The notes under the pieces are model-generated. The model did not search any database. It saw only the letters and a program-made list of their open reading frames with translations, and was not told the DNA's origin. A stretch of DNA of 64,000 bases from the human T2T-CHM13v2.0 reference genome, Homo sapiens: NCBI RefSeq assembly GCF_009914755.1, contig NC_060927.1; one strand, 5' to 3'. The translations under genes were made by a program, and so were the position numbers. Below are positions 1-34,306 of this stretch, piece after piece (within the stretch, counting starts at the first letter, position 1; each line of letters opens with the position of its first letter).

Positions 1-69
1 CACGCCCGGCCCTCAGTTTTGTTATCTATAAATGGGTATTAATAATGCCTTTCATAAATATCTCACAGA

Positions 70-703
<634 letters not shown>

Positions 704-2234
704 CAAAAATTTCTTATCTTTAATTATTACGGATACATAATAGTTGTACGTCTTTCAAATTGAACTCTTGAGGGGTCCAGGGCCATTGAGAGGAAAGACA
801 GCACAGAACCAGGTGGATTTATTTCTAGGGATTTGGCTCCTAGCCCCTTGTCAGGGAAGGTGGCTTCTTTCTTTCCCTGGGGCCAAGAGAGACTAATAGG
901 GAGATGTATCTCTAGAATCCTAGGTCTGAATGAGACGCCAATGGGTCATTGGTTTTAGGTGTTTTTTTGTTTTTGTTTTTGCCCCTCAGGTAAGGCTACA
1001 TCGAAACCACACTAAGAGGATCAGAAAGAATACATGTTAAATGTTTCCAAGGAGATTCTATATTCTTTCCAGGTAATTCAGGACTAAGGATGTTTTACAG
1101 CGAGTTCTTCTTTTTAGCCTTTTGGCTGCAATTGAGGGTTGAAAATGCTTTGAGGGTAGTCTATTCATCTTTATATCCTGTCCAAACCCAGCACAAACAG
1201 GCCCTAGGGTCCCGTCTATTGACCTGAACTGCATTGTTCTGCTCTGCCTGGAGCTAGGAAATATGCTGGTCACTGTTTTTTGTTGGCTTTAAATATAGTA
1301 TTTGCAAAGTTCAAAACAAATCTTATGATCATTTGGCTTGTGGCTTCTCTCCTAAATCTCCCTCCTTTTAGAATGGTCAGGATGGGAGGAGGACGTGCCA
1401 AGACTGAGCTTCTGTTTCTTTTCAAGGACAGTCCCTGCAATGGCTTCGTTTGACCTACCCTCCCTTTTCTTATCAAATGAAATCAGCTACCACAGGAAAT
1501 TGACTTCTCCAGATTGTAGGAGACAGGAAGCAGCACCACAAAGCAGGTTCCAGGGAGGGAAGGCAGAGATGAGAGAAACAGCTCGAGTCCCAGCTCGGTC
1601 AGTGCCTGGCCCCGGCCTCGCTTTCCGCCTCTCTGTCTCATTCTTACCATCTCTAGCCTCACCTACCCTTCTTCTGGGTCCTGGTGTCTGAGGCTGAAAG
1701 GCGCTGTAGAAGTCTCCAAGGCCAGCCTCCCTCCCCACTCAGTCACTCCCAACAAGCCTTCCAGCCTGTGCTTGACCCTTCCAGGCATGGAAATTTTACT
1801 GCTTCCCCTAAGAAACCAGCTCTGTTTTGCCTTTTATCCATCTGAAACCTCCCTCCTCCAGTGTTCTTCCACTGGCCTCACTTTTCCTTGGGACAGCCCT
1901 TTCCATACCTGAGTCTCCAGGCTAAGCCCTCCCGGGGAGGTCTCTTGGTAGAGGCATGAGTTTCTCAGAAACTCAACCAGAGGGAGTCAGGAAGGGGTCT
2001 AAGCAGGAAGGAAAAGGTGAGAACAATGCCATCGTGGGCCCTTTCCTTGCCAAGGAGTTATGTGTGGTGGCTTTAACTTGATGTTTAGTACAACTTCAAC
2101 GTGCTTTTCTTCTCCTGCATGACTACTGCCTTGTGGGAAGAGTGTCTTCTCTTTTAGCTCACTTCATTAATTTTTTATGAAATATCTAAATACATATATA
2201 AAGGTGTCATGACATTCCACTCCTAAATACTTCA

Positions 2235-4222
<1,988 letters not shown>

Positions 4223-4225
4223 TGA

Positions 4226-4727
<502 letters not shown>

Positions 4728-4821
4728 TGAAATTTATTCTAGTTATATTGGAAAAAAGAAAATCCTCAATCACTATCCACATCATACAACATACCAATTC
4801 TGACTCAAATGCCGACCTACA

Positions 4822-5790
<969 letters not shown>

Positions 5791-6002
5791 GTTACAGTGT
5801 TCTAGCTGGTTCTTCTGTGTCCTTTATTTCCTATAAATGATCAATGAGATGTTAACATTTGATTTAATTCAAGTTAGACACTTTTAGCAAGGATATATCC
5901 TAAGTGCTGCTGGGTGCTTCGTGCGCACCATGGTGGAAGACATATTCTGGTTGTTCTCCCATCAGTGATGCTAATATTAACCCCTGCATTAGTGCTAACA
6001 GT

Positions 6003-6395
<393 letters not shown>

Positions 6396-6510
6396 TGATC
6401 TGCCTGCCTCGGCCTCCCAAAGTGCTGGAATTACAGGCGTGAGTCACCGCACTCAGCCAAGTGATGTTTATTTAAAAGTCACAATTGGTCAGAAAAAGAA
6501 AAGGCAGATA

Positions 6511-6905
6511 TGTTAGGATTCTCAAGGACATATATACAGAGAAAGAGATGTTTTTAAGGAATTGGTTCACATAGATTATGGAGGTGGGCTAGTCCAAAAT
6601 CTGCAGCGTGAGCTAGCAGGCTGGAGAACTTCCTCTTCCTCCAGGGAGCAGTCTTTTTGTTTCAGGCCTTCAGCAGACTGGATGAGGCCCACTCGCATTA
6701 TGGAGGGTAATCTGCTTTGCTTAAAGTCCACTGATTTAAATGTTAATCTTATCCAAAAATATCCTCACAAAGACATCCGGAATAATGTTTAACCACATAC
6801 TGCTCTGAAAAGTCAATGGGTTCATTTTTTTTCTATTAAAAAACCCCACCACATATCTCGGCATTGTGGCCCAGCTAAGCTGACATGTAAAATTAAGATA
6901 TCACA
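6511..6905 (-). mobile_element. MLT1-family MaLR LTR
   Basis: GGATGAGGCCCACTCGCATTATGGAGGGTAATCTGCTTT...TGTTAATCTTATCCAAAAA...AAAATTAAGATATCACA, with TG...CA ends. Confidence 0.75.
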
Positions 6906-7069
6906 GCAGCGCTGAGAGATGGAGCTTCCGTCTCTGCTACTGTGTTCTGTTCTTGTGTAAATAATGTAACACTTAGGGCCTCAGTTTTCCTCTCTGTAAA
7001 ACAAAGGGTTTGGACTAAAAGATCTCTAAGTTCCCTTCCAGCTTTAAAGTTCTTTTAAAAATTGTGGTA

Positions 7070-8400
<1,331 letters not shown>

Positions 8401-8855
8401 AAGCCTGTGAAATTTGGGGTTGCAACTCTTCCTCCCATCTGTGGCCCATGGCTGCAGGCTGAGGACCTTAACCTCTCTGTCCTAAATGAGTGGTATGCCT
8501 GCCCTCCTATCTCTTTGATGATACATATTTCAGAATAGAACTCTAAGTTCTTATTGCTGGAATCAACTTTGGAATTCTTGTCCAGCCTCATTTTACTCAT
8601 GGACAAACAAGGCCCTTTGTGAGCAACAGAGCTGGATCTAAAGTGTGAGCTTCTCTCTCCGTCCGGCGCTCTCTGCACTGCGATGCAACTCGACAAGTCA
8701 GCTGGTCTTTGTAATGAACTCCTCAGGAAACACAAGCAATTACAGGAAAAGACAACCAGGCTATTAAGAGGGAATTTTATTCTATTGAAACTCTGTTATG
8801 GGGAAACGTGTGTGTTTGTTATAGGTAATCTATTTACATTTTCAAAAACCTTTTT

Positions 8856-9257
8856 TTTTTTGGTAATTATTTTATTTTATTTTATTTTTTTATTGATCAT
8901 TCTTGGGTGTTTCTCGCAGAGGGGGATTTGGCAGGGTCATAGGACAATAGTGGACGGAAGGTCAGCAGATAAACAAGTGAACAAAGGTCTCTGGTTTTCC
9001 TAGGCAGAGGGCCCTGCGGCCTTCTGCAGTGTTTGTGTCCCTGGGTACTTGAGATTAGGGAGTGGTGATGACTCTTAACGAGCATGCTGCCTTCAAGCAT
9101 CTGTTTAACAAAGCACATCTTGCACCGCCCTTAATCCATTTAACCCTGAGTGGACACAGCACATGTTTCAGAGAGCACAGGGTTGGGGGTAAGGTCACCG
9201 ATCAACAGGATCCCAAGGCAGAAGAATTTTTCTTGGTACAGAACAAAATGAAAAGTC
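8856..9257 (-). mobile_element. 5'-truncated SVA retrotransposon (SINE-R 3' end + poly-A)
   Basis: Typical SINE-R text (TTGATCATTCTTGGGTGTTTCTCGCAGAGGGGGATTTGGCAGGGTCATAGGACAATAGTGG...). 16-bp TSD TTTCAAAAACCTTTTT at 8840-8855 and 9258-9273; TTTT/A endonuclease site. Confidence 0.92.
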
Positions 9258-9559
9258 TTTCAAAAACCTTTTTACTTTCTAAAAGCAACTACACATATTC
9301 TAGGACTGCAAGTGCTGTTTTCTGGTAAACGGGGAGTTGCTTAGAAACCAGGAATGAGGGATGGAGACCAACGGTCTTCTGTGGATGAAGTATAAACAGT
9401 AACTCTTCTAAGGAATCAGTACTAACCTTGGGAAGAAGATGAGCATGATTTTTCTCTGTACAACCTCTACCCCTCTTCTGATGAAAGCACCTGCTTTTCT
9501 TTAGGGCCTACTCCATCAACAGGAGCCCATGTCGTTTGGGTGGAGCTTCAGGAATCGGC

Positions 9560-9950
9560 ATATGAGTCAGTCCAGAAAAATAGGCACATCCCACCCGCCA
9601 ACCACAGTGACTGATTGCGGAAGAGGCACTTGACCCCAGGACACACAAGGGGGTTCCGTCCTGGGACTTTTGCTGCACTGTTTTGAAAGAGGCCTCTTTC
9701 CCCTGGTATTGCTAGACTAGCAGGCCATGGGCCCGAAACTGCCAGAACGCACCCTTGATGCCACCCGGGTAGAGTCAGGGGAGAGCAGGGCTGAGAGTTG
9801 GAGACACAGATTCCTGAAAGCATCGTTTGAGCGCGTGGATCCAGTCTTGCTTTAAATCAGACTTTTTAGTAACATGAACCGATCAATTCCTCTGCTACAC
9901 CAGTTTGAGTTGGGTTTCTATCACTAGTGATTAAAAGAGTCCTCATTAGT
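9560..9950 (+). mobile_element. Old MLT1 (J/K/L-like) MaLR LTR
   Basis: TTTGAGCGCGTGGATCCAGTC...CCAGTTTGAGTTGGGTTTCTATCACT resembles the MLT1 3' end. Confidence 0.6.
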
Positions 9951-10342
9951 CCAGATTGTACTTTAAGTTGCTTGTATACATTATCTGGAGGAGAGTATAA
10001 AAATAATAGGCTATAAATAGTGAGACTAATATTAAGTTATTTTAGGTAATAAAAAGTCAAACTGATGGGAATAGTTCTGTGGGGAAATTGCGTGAAGCTA
10101 TGTTAACAGTAAGAAAAGTGACTAGGTTTTGGTGTAAGTAAATGCCTGGTCACACATTCGGGAAATAATAATTTAAGTTCTATTTCTAGTATGACACATT
10201 GCAAGGCAAAGAATAAGTCATTAAGGGCTCTTTAAGAACATTCAGTGCAAAGATGCTACTGCACATAACATATTAGAAAAGTATAATAGAAGTAAAACAG
10301 GTGACAACGTTTAAAAAAACAAACAAACAAAAAAAAACAGGT

Positions 10343-13245
<2,903 letters not shown>

Positions 13246-13299
13246 ATTAAATGAAAAATAATTGATCCTAGTGAAAAAGATTTCAGTGGAATAAAAATA

Positions 13300-14320
13300 G
13301 ACAAAAATGGAAATGTTTCAAATGAGTGTCATGGAAAGATGACCAAAGAATTCAACTGACTGTGTGAGTTTGTTCCAGAAAACATGTTCTTTAGAACAAA
13401 ACGTTCTTTAGTTCCCTACAGGGACTCCTAGTGACCACCGCCATCTCATTAATAAGTGGCTTTGATTCTTGGACTCAGTAAACAAAATGGCTTGAGGCGT
13501 GTGGAACTGAGTGTCTTTACTCTTTTGAAAATTGTACTAAATGCTTGTCCCTAAGAGGTTTAGCCCTTAGACAATGCATGGAGGGAAATTATTTGCAAAA
13601 TTCCCCACTCTCTGGAAAATCATTTGTTCTGGTCAGATTCCTGGAATTCATATACAGATACTGGGGTCTCTCACAGTTTTTTCTGCCACTTTGGGTTAAC
13701 TTTTCCTCCGGGCGTTTCAGTTCTAAGAATGCTCCCTTTGACAGGGAAAAACAGAAGCAAAATACACATTGAGGAGTTCTGCTTTCTCTTGTCACCCACC
13801 AACATGACAACACTGACCGCAAACAGCGTATCCCCTTTTTTGCTTTGAATATGACTTTATGAAGCCCTTGTACGGGCCTCAATTCACGTGGGGCTTTCAC
13901 TTTCTCAGAAGCATGCTGCCATTTGTTCCACCTTACGTTCCTCTGCGGGCGAAAGCACCCCCTGTTCAGCTCAGGCTCACCTTCTCCCACAATCACATCA
14001 CAAACATCTGCAACCTTAGGGTTTCTTTAAGCCCCTTCCTCCTTTTTCGCTGAATTGAGATTTCACGGGCACAGTGAATGTTCTTAGGAAGTACTCAATT
14101 CTTGAGCATCTTTCCAGCGTCTCAAGCCATGGTATGTTCTTTTAATTGGTAAAATCTAGGGACCACGTCTAACTGGGCCCTGCCATTTCTCTCGCTATTA
14201 TATACTTGAAGAAGACACAGTTGCTTTCTCCCAAGCTTCCTGTCATTTCCACTCTGCCAACCAATTCCTCCTTTTGGCCAAATTTAGTTCAGAGTGGCAG
14301 TTCCGCTTACTACTTCTCCA
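13300..14320. promoter_or_regulatory. Candidate cytokine-responsive myeloid enhancer
   Basis: Non-repeat stretch with three TTCNNNGAA, two TTCNNNNGAA, an IRF site CTTTCACTTTC, RUNX ACCGCA and PU.1-type AGTTCCGCTT. Motif evidence only. Confidence 0.45.
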
Positions 14321-14877
14321 CTCTCTGGAAGATGAAATTGTCGGCATGCAATAATAATAGCTGACGCCTACCGAGTTCTTTCTGTGCCAAAGGCGCCTTT
14401 ACCATGAGGAAGCGGAGGCACGGAGATGCTGAGTGTCTTGCTCAAGTTCATCCATCTGGCAGGTGGCGGGATGTGGGCATTCGAGCCAGGGTCTGACTCC
14501 AGAGCCCAAGTTCTGTTTCTCGCTCTACGCGCCTGTCAAAGACTCTGGTTTCCGCCGGATGGACTTTCAGCAGGTCCGAGGATGTGAAGATCTCCCATCA
14601 GCATCTCCCCACCTTGGGGTCGCCTTTGTGATAGGGAGGGGTCTGTGGTCTCTTTCCTGAGTCTGGTTGTGGGAGCTGGGTAACTCCCAATGCAGTGGAC
14701 AGAGATACCTCTCTGGTATCTCTCCTTGCTTTCCACCCTCAGCCTTCTATCCCTGTGACCTATGACAGCACACCCCCTCCACTCCTCATAGGGCTTTCTT
14801 GGTTACTTCCAGGATGTCTTCATGTTCTCCCCGGACGATTCGTGCAGACAGGCTTTTCTTAAACACCTTTGCTTCTT

Positions 14878-15122
14878 CCCGCCTGTGGACCATCTTACAC
14901 TGATTGTAGATGTGGCTGGCAGGAGGATAATGGTGGCCCCACCTGTGGACCATCTTACAGTCACTGTAGACGTGGCTGGCAGGAGGATAATGGTGGCCCC
15001 GCCTGTGGACCATCTTACAGTCACTGTAGACGTGGCTGGCAGGAGGATAATGGTGGCCCCGCCTGTGGACCATCTTACAGTCACTGTAGACGTGGCTGGC
15101 AGGAGGATAATGGTGGCCCCGC
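14878..15122. repeat. 60-bp minisatellite, 4 copies
   Basis: Consecutive 60-nt lines nearly identical: GCCTGTGGACCATCTTACAGTCACTGTAGACGTGGCTGGCAGGAGGATAATGGTGGCCCC. Confidence 0.95.
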
Positions 15123-15668
15123 ATCTGGGACTGGTGGTGGGTTCCCAAGTGGAATAGTTCTCTGTGGATCCCTCTCTAAACCATGGCTTGAGACGTTGGA
15201 AAGAGAGTTCTGCTCTTTCCCCCCCTAAATTTCAATAAGTTTTGGGAATGCCACATTTTCTGAGTTAAGTAATCTCATTTTAACTAAATGGCTCTCCAAG
15301 GCTGCTTTCCCTTCCATGGTCATTGAGAATACATCTCCCTTTGCCCCACATGATAAAAACCTGCAATCACAGTTAGAACAATAAACACAGAGTTCTTAAT
15401 ATGCACCAGGCGCTGTGTCTAAGGGCTTACAGGATTGATTTGTTTCATTGTTCACAACAACTATTATTATCACCATTTTACAGATGTGGAAATGGAGGCA
15501 CAGAGAGGCCACACCACTGCTGAACAGGGCATTTTTGCTCATAGAACAAAGTCTATGTGAGTCTGTTTCTTTTACAAATTTTCTATTAATAATTTTCAGC
15601 CAATCCATGTGATCAAGAGGACCCTAGATTGAAAGAAGTATCATTTCATTGAAATGATTTCAAATTTA

Positions 15669-19186
<3,518 letters not shown>

Positions 19187-19852
19187 TGGTTTATTTTTAT
19201 AGAACAGCTTTATTGAGCTATAACTCATCTACCATATAATTTACGCATTTAATGTGTACAAGGCAATTGCTTTTAGCATGTTCACATACTCATGAAACCA
19301 TCACCACAATTTTAGAACATTTTCATAACCTCAAAAGGAAACCCCATACCCATTACCAGTCACTCCCATTTTCCCCCAAACCCCCAGACCTAGGTAACCA
19401 CTAATCTTTCTCTCTCTACAGATTTGCCTTCTCTGAACAATTCATGTAAATGAAATCATGTAACATGTGATCATTTGTGACTGACTTTTTTCACTTAGCA
19501 TAATGTTTTCAAAGTTTGTCCCTGTTGTAGCATGTATCAGTACTTTATTCTCTTCTATGGCTGAGAAATGTTCCACTGCATAGCTGGGCGCAGTGGCTCA
19601 AGCCAGTATTCCCAGCACTTTGGGAGGCTGAGGCGGGTGGATCGCTTGAGCTCAGAAGTTCAAGACCAGCCTGGGCAGAAACCCCATCTCTACCAAAAAT
19701 ACAAAAAATTAGTCGGGTGTGGTGGCAGGCACCTGTGGTCCCAGCTATTGGGGAGGCTGAGGTGGGAGGATCGCTTGAGCCCAGGAGGAGGTTGCAGTGA
19801 GCTGAGATAGCATCACTGAACTCCAGCCTGGGTGACAGAAAGAGATCCCATC

Positions 19853-19988
19853 AAAAAAAAAAAAAAGAAGAAAGAAGAAAGAAAGAAAGAAGGAAAGAAA
19901 AAGAAAGAAAGAGAGAGAGAAAAAGAAAGAAAGAAAGAAAAAGAAAGAAAGAAAGAGAAAGAAAAGAAAGAAAGAAAGAGAAAAAGAA
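19853..19988 (+). repeat. GA-rich (GAAA/GAGA) microsatellite from an Alu tail
   Basis: Polypurine run following the Alu at 19582. Confidence 0.9.
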
Positions 19989-20098
19989 ATTCCACTGCAT
20001 GGATATACTGTATCCACTCGTCAGTTAGTTGATGGACATTTGGGTTTTTTCCACTTCTTGGTAATCATGAATGATGCTGTTCTGAACATTCATGTTCG

Positions 20099-20167
20099 GG
20101 TGTTAGTATAGCATGGCTTCAGGTGTTAGTATAGCATGTCTTCAGGTGTTTGTATAGCATGTCTTCA
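20099..20167. repeat. 23-bp tandem repeat x3 inside an old L1
   Basis: GGTGTTAGTATAGCATGKCTTCA repeated three times. Confidence 0.85.
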
Positions 20168-20368
20168 TTTCTTTTAGGTCCCTAGGAATGGAATTTGTGA
20201 GCCACCTGATAACTCCATGCTTTTACCTTTTGAGGAGCTGCCAGACTCCTTTCCAAAGTTTCTGCACCATCTTACATTCCCACCAGCAGTGTATGAGGGT
20301 CGCAGTTTCTCCACATACTTGTTTTATTTGACCTTTTGATGCTAGGCATCCTAGTGCATATAAAGTGA

Positions 20369-20513
<145 letters not shown>

Positions 20514-21579
20514 TAGCTGGGATTACAGGCACAGGCCACTGTGCCCGGCTAATTTTTGTATTTTTTTGTAGAGACGGGGTTTCACCATGTTGGTCAGGCT
20601 GGGTTTGAACTCCTGGGCTCAAGCGATCCACCTGCCTCAGCCTCCCAAAGCGCTGGGATTACAGGTGTGAGCCACAGCGCCTGGCCTCTCATTGCAGTTT
20701 TGATTTGCATTTCCCTGATGACAAATGATATCAAGCATCTTTTCACATGATTACTGGCCATTTGTATACCTTCTGTGGAAATGTGGTAACACCCTTTGCT
20801 GATTTTAAAATAGGGTTATTTGTTTATTATTGAGTTGAAATAATTCCTTCTTTTGAGTGTCAGTGACTGAGGTTCGCTGTGACACAGAGGGGTTCTCCTG
20901 GAGAGCTATGGCACATGCTCCATATTAAAAGGCAACATGATGCTGTCAGGAAGAACACAAAAGCAATTATAAAAACGTGTTAGTACATATTTATGCATCT
21001 TTTTTCTTACTCTCTCTTTGCTATCTATTCTCACAGCTCTAAATATGAATTATTTCTCTAGGTAGAGGCCAAGCATGAGTCAGCTTCTCCCAAGAATCAG
21101 TTGCCTGGGCTTCGAGACAGTTTTCTGCCGTATTTTGGGTAACTGTAGTTGCCAGGAGTCTGACTTCTGAGGGTGTCAGGTGCCATTTGCCGTTAAGTGG
21201 AGATAGTAGGTTGAACAGGGTGGGACTAATTGGGGCCAGTTTTGAGGAGGTGAATCTTTAGTGAAATCTCCAAGAACACAGTGGTGAGGACCTGGCAGAG
21301 AGGAGGAGATTCCAAGGCTGGGGGAATTGGGTAGTGGCGTCTGGGCACTGGGTCCTGTAGAAGGGAATTGGCGAGATGAATGAGCAGGGCTTCACAGGTG
21401 TGACTGATCTTGGTAAAGACGGTGAGAAGCCGTGACCAGGCAGGGTGTGCATGGGAGCAGTGAAAGGTCTAAAATTCAGCCTTTGAGCTCAGTGCTAGGT
21501 TCATGCTAGTAATTGGTTCCGATAGGTTAAGCTTCCTCTGGTTTGCCGGTGTGAGAAGAAAGAAAACCTACTCCTCCCT

Positions 21580-28114
<6,535 letters not shown>

Positions 28115-28829
28115 ATGAGTGAATATTGTAGAAAGCAGAGACAATGTGCCAGATGTTTGGAGTGAAAAGGACTTGGCTCCTGTTCTCTTAGGATGGACAA
28201 TGCTACACACAATCCCAAATCACAGGCTATAAGAGAGGTGGCCCAATCCTGCAGGACAGTTCAACGTTTCAGATTTGAAGGGGAGTGAGAGAGATCAGAA
28301 CTGGAGGCCCCTTGTCTGAGCCCCCGACTATGGTGGTCCACGTCACTCCACACGCAGCAGGCACTGTAAATATTTCACCTTCTCTAGACGACAGGAGTTC
28401 CTCGAGAACAGGAGCGCTGGGGTAATGCATATGAAGCTCTTAGCACAGTGTCTGGCGCTGCTTCAATGATGGCTATATGATCAATTATTCTTACTCCTTT
28501 GAATTCTTGGCAAGAGCTGGCAGGGAACTTTGTACACATCAGGTACAAAAAAACCCATCCGCGCAGTCTAAGATCAAGAAGCTCTTGGCACTCTCTGACA
28601 GTCCTCGACAAAGCAATTCCCCTTCTTTCTAACACAGGGTCCGTAAAGGAGATGATCCACAAGGACCGGCTGAGTGGATAAGAAGACAGACTGGCTGAGC
28701 GGCTGACCCTGCCAGACGACAGGCTGTGCCTCTTTACCACGGTGCTGCCGTTCCCAAAGTCGGCCTCAGCTTGGTCCTTGGCTGGAAGCTCGTAGCAAAG
28801 TTTCTGGGTCAGCAGACCTCATAGGCAAG

Positions 28830-29480
28830 GGGCCCCTAGCTGGCCGCCCCCAGCCCTGCCAAGGCACCAACGCAAGAAAGCCGGGGGAGCCTCGGTCGCA
28901 TTGCTGGAAGATCGTCTAAACATCCCCGCTGCTCGGCCGCTAGGCCGGCAGGTGTTCGGGGCCCGCTCCCCCGGCCCGCCCCACCCCCGCGCCCGCGCCG
29001 CGCTTCCCTCTAAGAGGCCGGGTCTGAGTGAGCCTGTGCTGAGTCGCCGAGCAGCCCGCTCTCCATGTGACTTCAGTTTCCGTCCGTTCCTTCCGCTGGT
29101 GCTAAAATAATCTGATGCCCCACAGCAAGGAGGTAGCCCAGCCCCGCGTTCGGCTGCTCTCGAGGAGGCCGGAGTCCCCGGAGACGATGCGCCCCGCGCA
29201 GCCGCCTGCGCCTGCGGGAGCCGTGAGTATTTCCCGCGTGGGGGCGTCCCCGGGGCACAGCCGGGGCCCTTCTCCAGGTGGGCGAGCTCGAGCGAGGTTG
29301 GGTGGTAGGAGGTCAGCGTCCGCGGCCCGCAGCTCAGGGCTCACGAGGAAGCTGTGGCTTGCTGCGTCCAAGCGCCGCCGCTTTTGTGCTGGGCGTGGGG
29401 GCTGCAGCTCTGGGTGGAGGTGGAAATACCTCCCTCCAGAAGCACTTAGAGCTGAGAAAGGTGGTGCGACGTAGTGGAAA
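28830..29480 (+). promoter_or_regulatory. CpG island / TATA-less promoter of NRROS
   Basis: Dense CpG and GC content, GC boxes (CCCGCC, CCCCGCGCCC), clustered ETS cores TTTCCG/TTCCTTCCG at about 29077-29096. Confidence 0.85.
29041..29222 (+). other. NRROS: NRROS exon 1 (5' UTR; 5' boundary approximate)
   Basis: Lies in the CpG island and ends GGAGCC|GTGAGT (consensus donor). The TSS is inferred, not visible in the sequence. Confidence 0.75.
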
Positions 29481-29670
29481 CCACGAGGGCTTCAGATTCA
29501 GACGTGGGTTTGAGTCCTGGCTCTGCAGGGAGCATGTGAGCAGACAGTTAAGGTTTCTGAGCCTCAGTTTTCTCATCTGCAAAATGGGAACAGAGATGCT
29601 CCCTCCCTGGGCTGGGCGACTGGATATGATGAGACCGCTCTGTGCACACTCAGCATGCTGAGCACTGGGC
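29480..29670 (+). mobile_element. MIR at the start of NRROS intron 1
   Basis: Core GGGTTTGAGTCCTGGCTCTGC...TCTGAGCCTCAGTTTTCTCATCTGCAAAATGGGAA. Confidence 0.8.
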
Positions 29671-30485
29671 TCTCCTTTCCTGTCCCACAACGTGGATTGA
29701 GAACCACTATCTCATAGATGAAGACACTAAGACTGGTTAACAGCAACACCTATCACAGATGCCGTCCACGTGCCAGGCCTGTCCAAGGCCCTGGGGATAC
29801 AGCTGTGAAAATGTGCAAAGCCCCTTCTCCCACAGAACGTTTGTCCTTGGGAGATTCACTGGGGCTCTGTGACTTGGATCTTAGCCTAGACTTAGATCCA
29901 TGGCTTATCAGAGGGAGACTAACAGGAGGGCGACGAAGACTCGGACGCTCTTCCGTAGCCCTCGTGGCCCCTGCATGTGGGCCGGCTTCTGAAGGGGTCA
30001 GCGTACTTCCCCACGTACCCAGGAGCTAGACGGAAAGAAGTAAGGAGCCACTGGTGTGGCTTTGTGCTGCCTCTGAGAGAAGGTGGACACGTGCCAGTTG
30101 GTGGCTGCGACTGGAGGAGGCCGGATCGGGGGTCCTAGGAATGGAGCCTCTCCGGACAGGGCTGGTCGGGGCTGCTGTGCTTCCCTAGGGGCTGAGGGGA
30201 CCCCACCGGAGGCTTCTTCATGATGGGCACAGCCCGTTAGGAGTCTGGGTGCTAGAAACATTCAGCGTCTGTGGCCCTCCATGCTTTCCTGTGTGCTCCT
30301 CACCTGCCGGCTGTGACACACAGACTGTTCTGTGGATGCTGAGGGTTTGCTGGGCTTTACATTTACAATACGTATTTATTCTCCTCACACACCTCTTAGG
30401 TTTGTGTGTGTGTGCCCGAGAGTCCCTAAAGGAGATTATAGAATCATGGGCCCAGGAAAAAACCTTAACTCCTGCCTTTAGGTTA

Positions 30486-30516
<31 letters not shown>

Positions 30517-30559
30517 CAAACTCAGCTTCACAAAGAAGGCACTTTTTAAAAATATATAT

Positions 30560-34306
<3,747 letters not shown>

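Noticed and set aside
14786-15228. Repetitive ORFs (GHHYPPASHVYSDCKMVHRR etc.) and a possible CRISPR-like array
   Set aside because: Produced by a 60-bp tandem repeat; there are no unique spacers, no cas genes, and the DNA is eukaryotic.
19745-20032. K/E/R-rich and F/S/L-rich ORFs (also at 57341-57724)
   Set aside because: Translations of GA-rich microsatellites in Alu tails.
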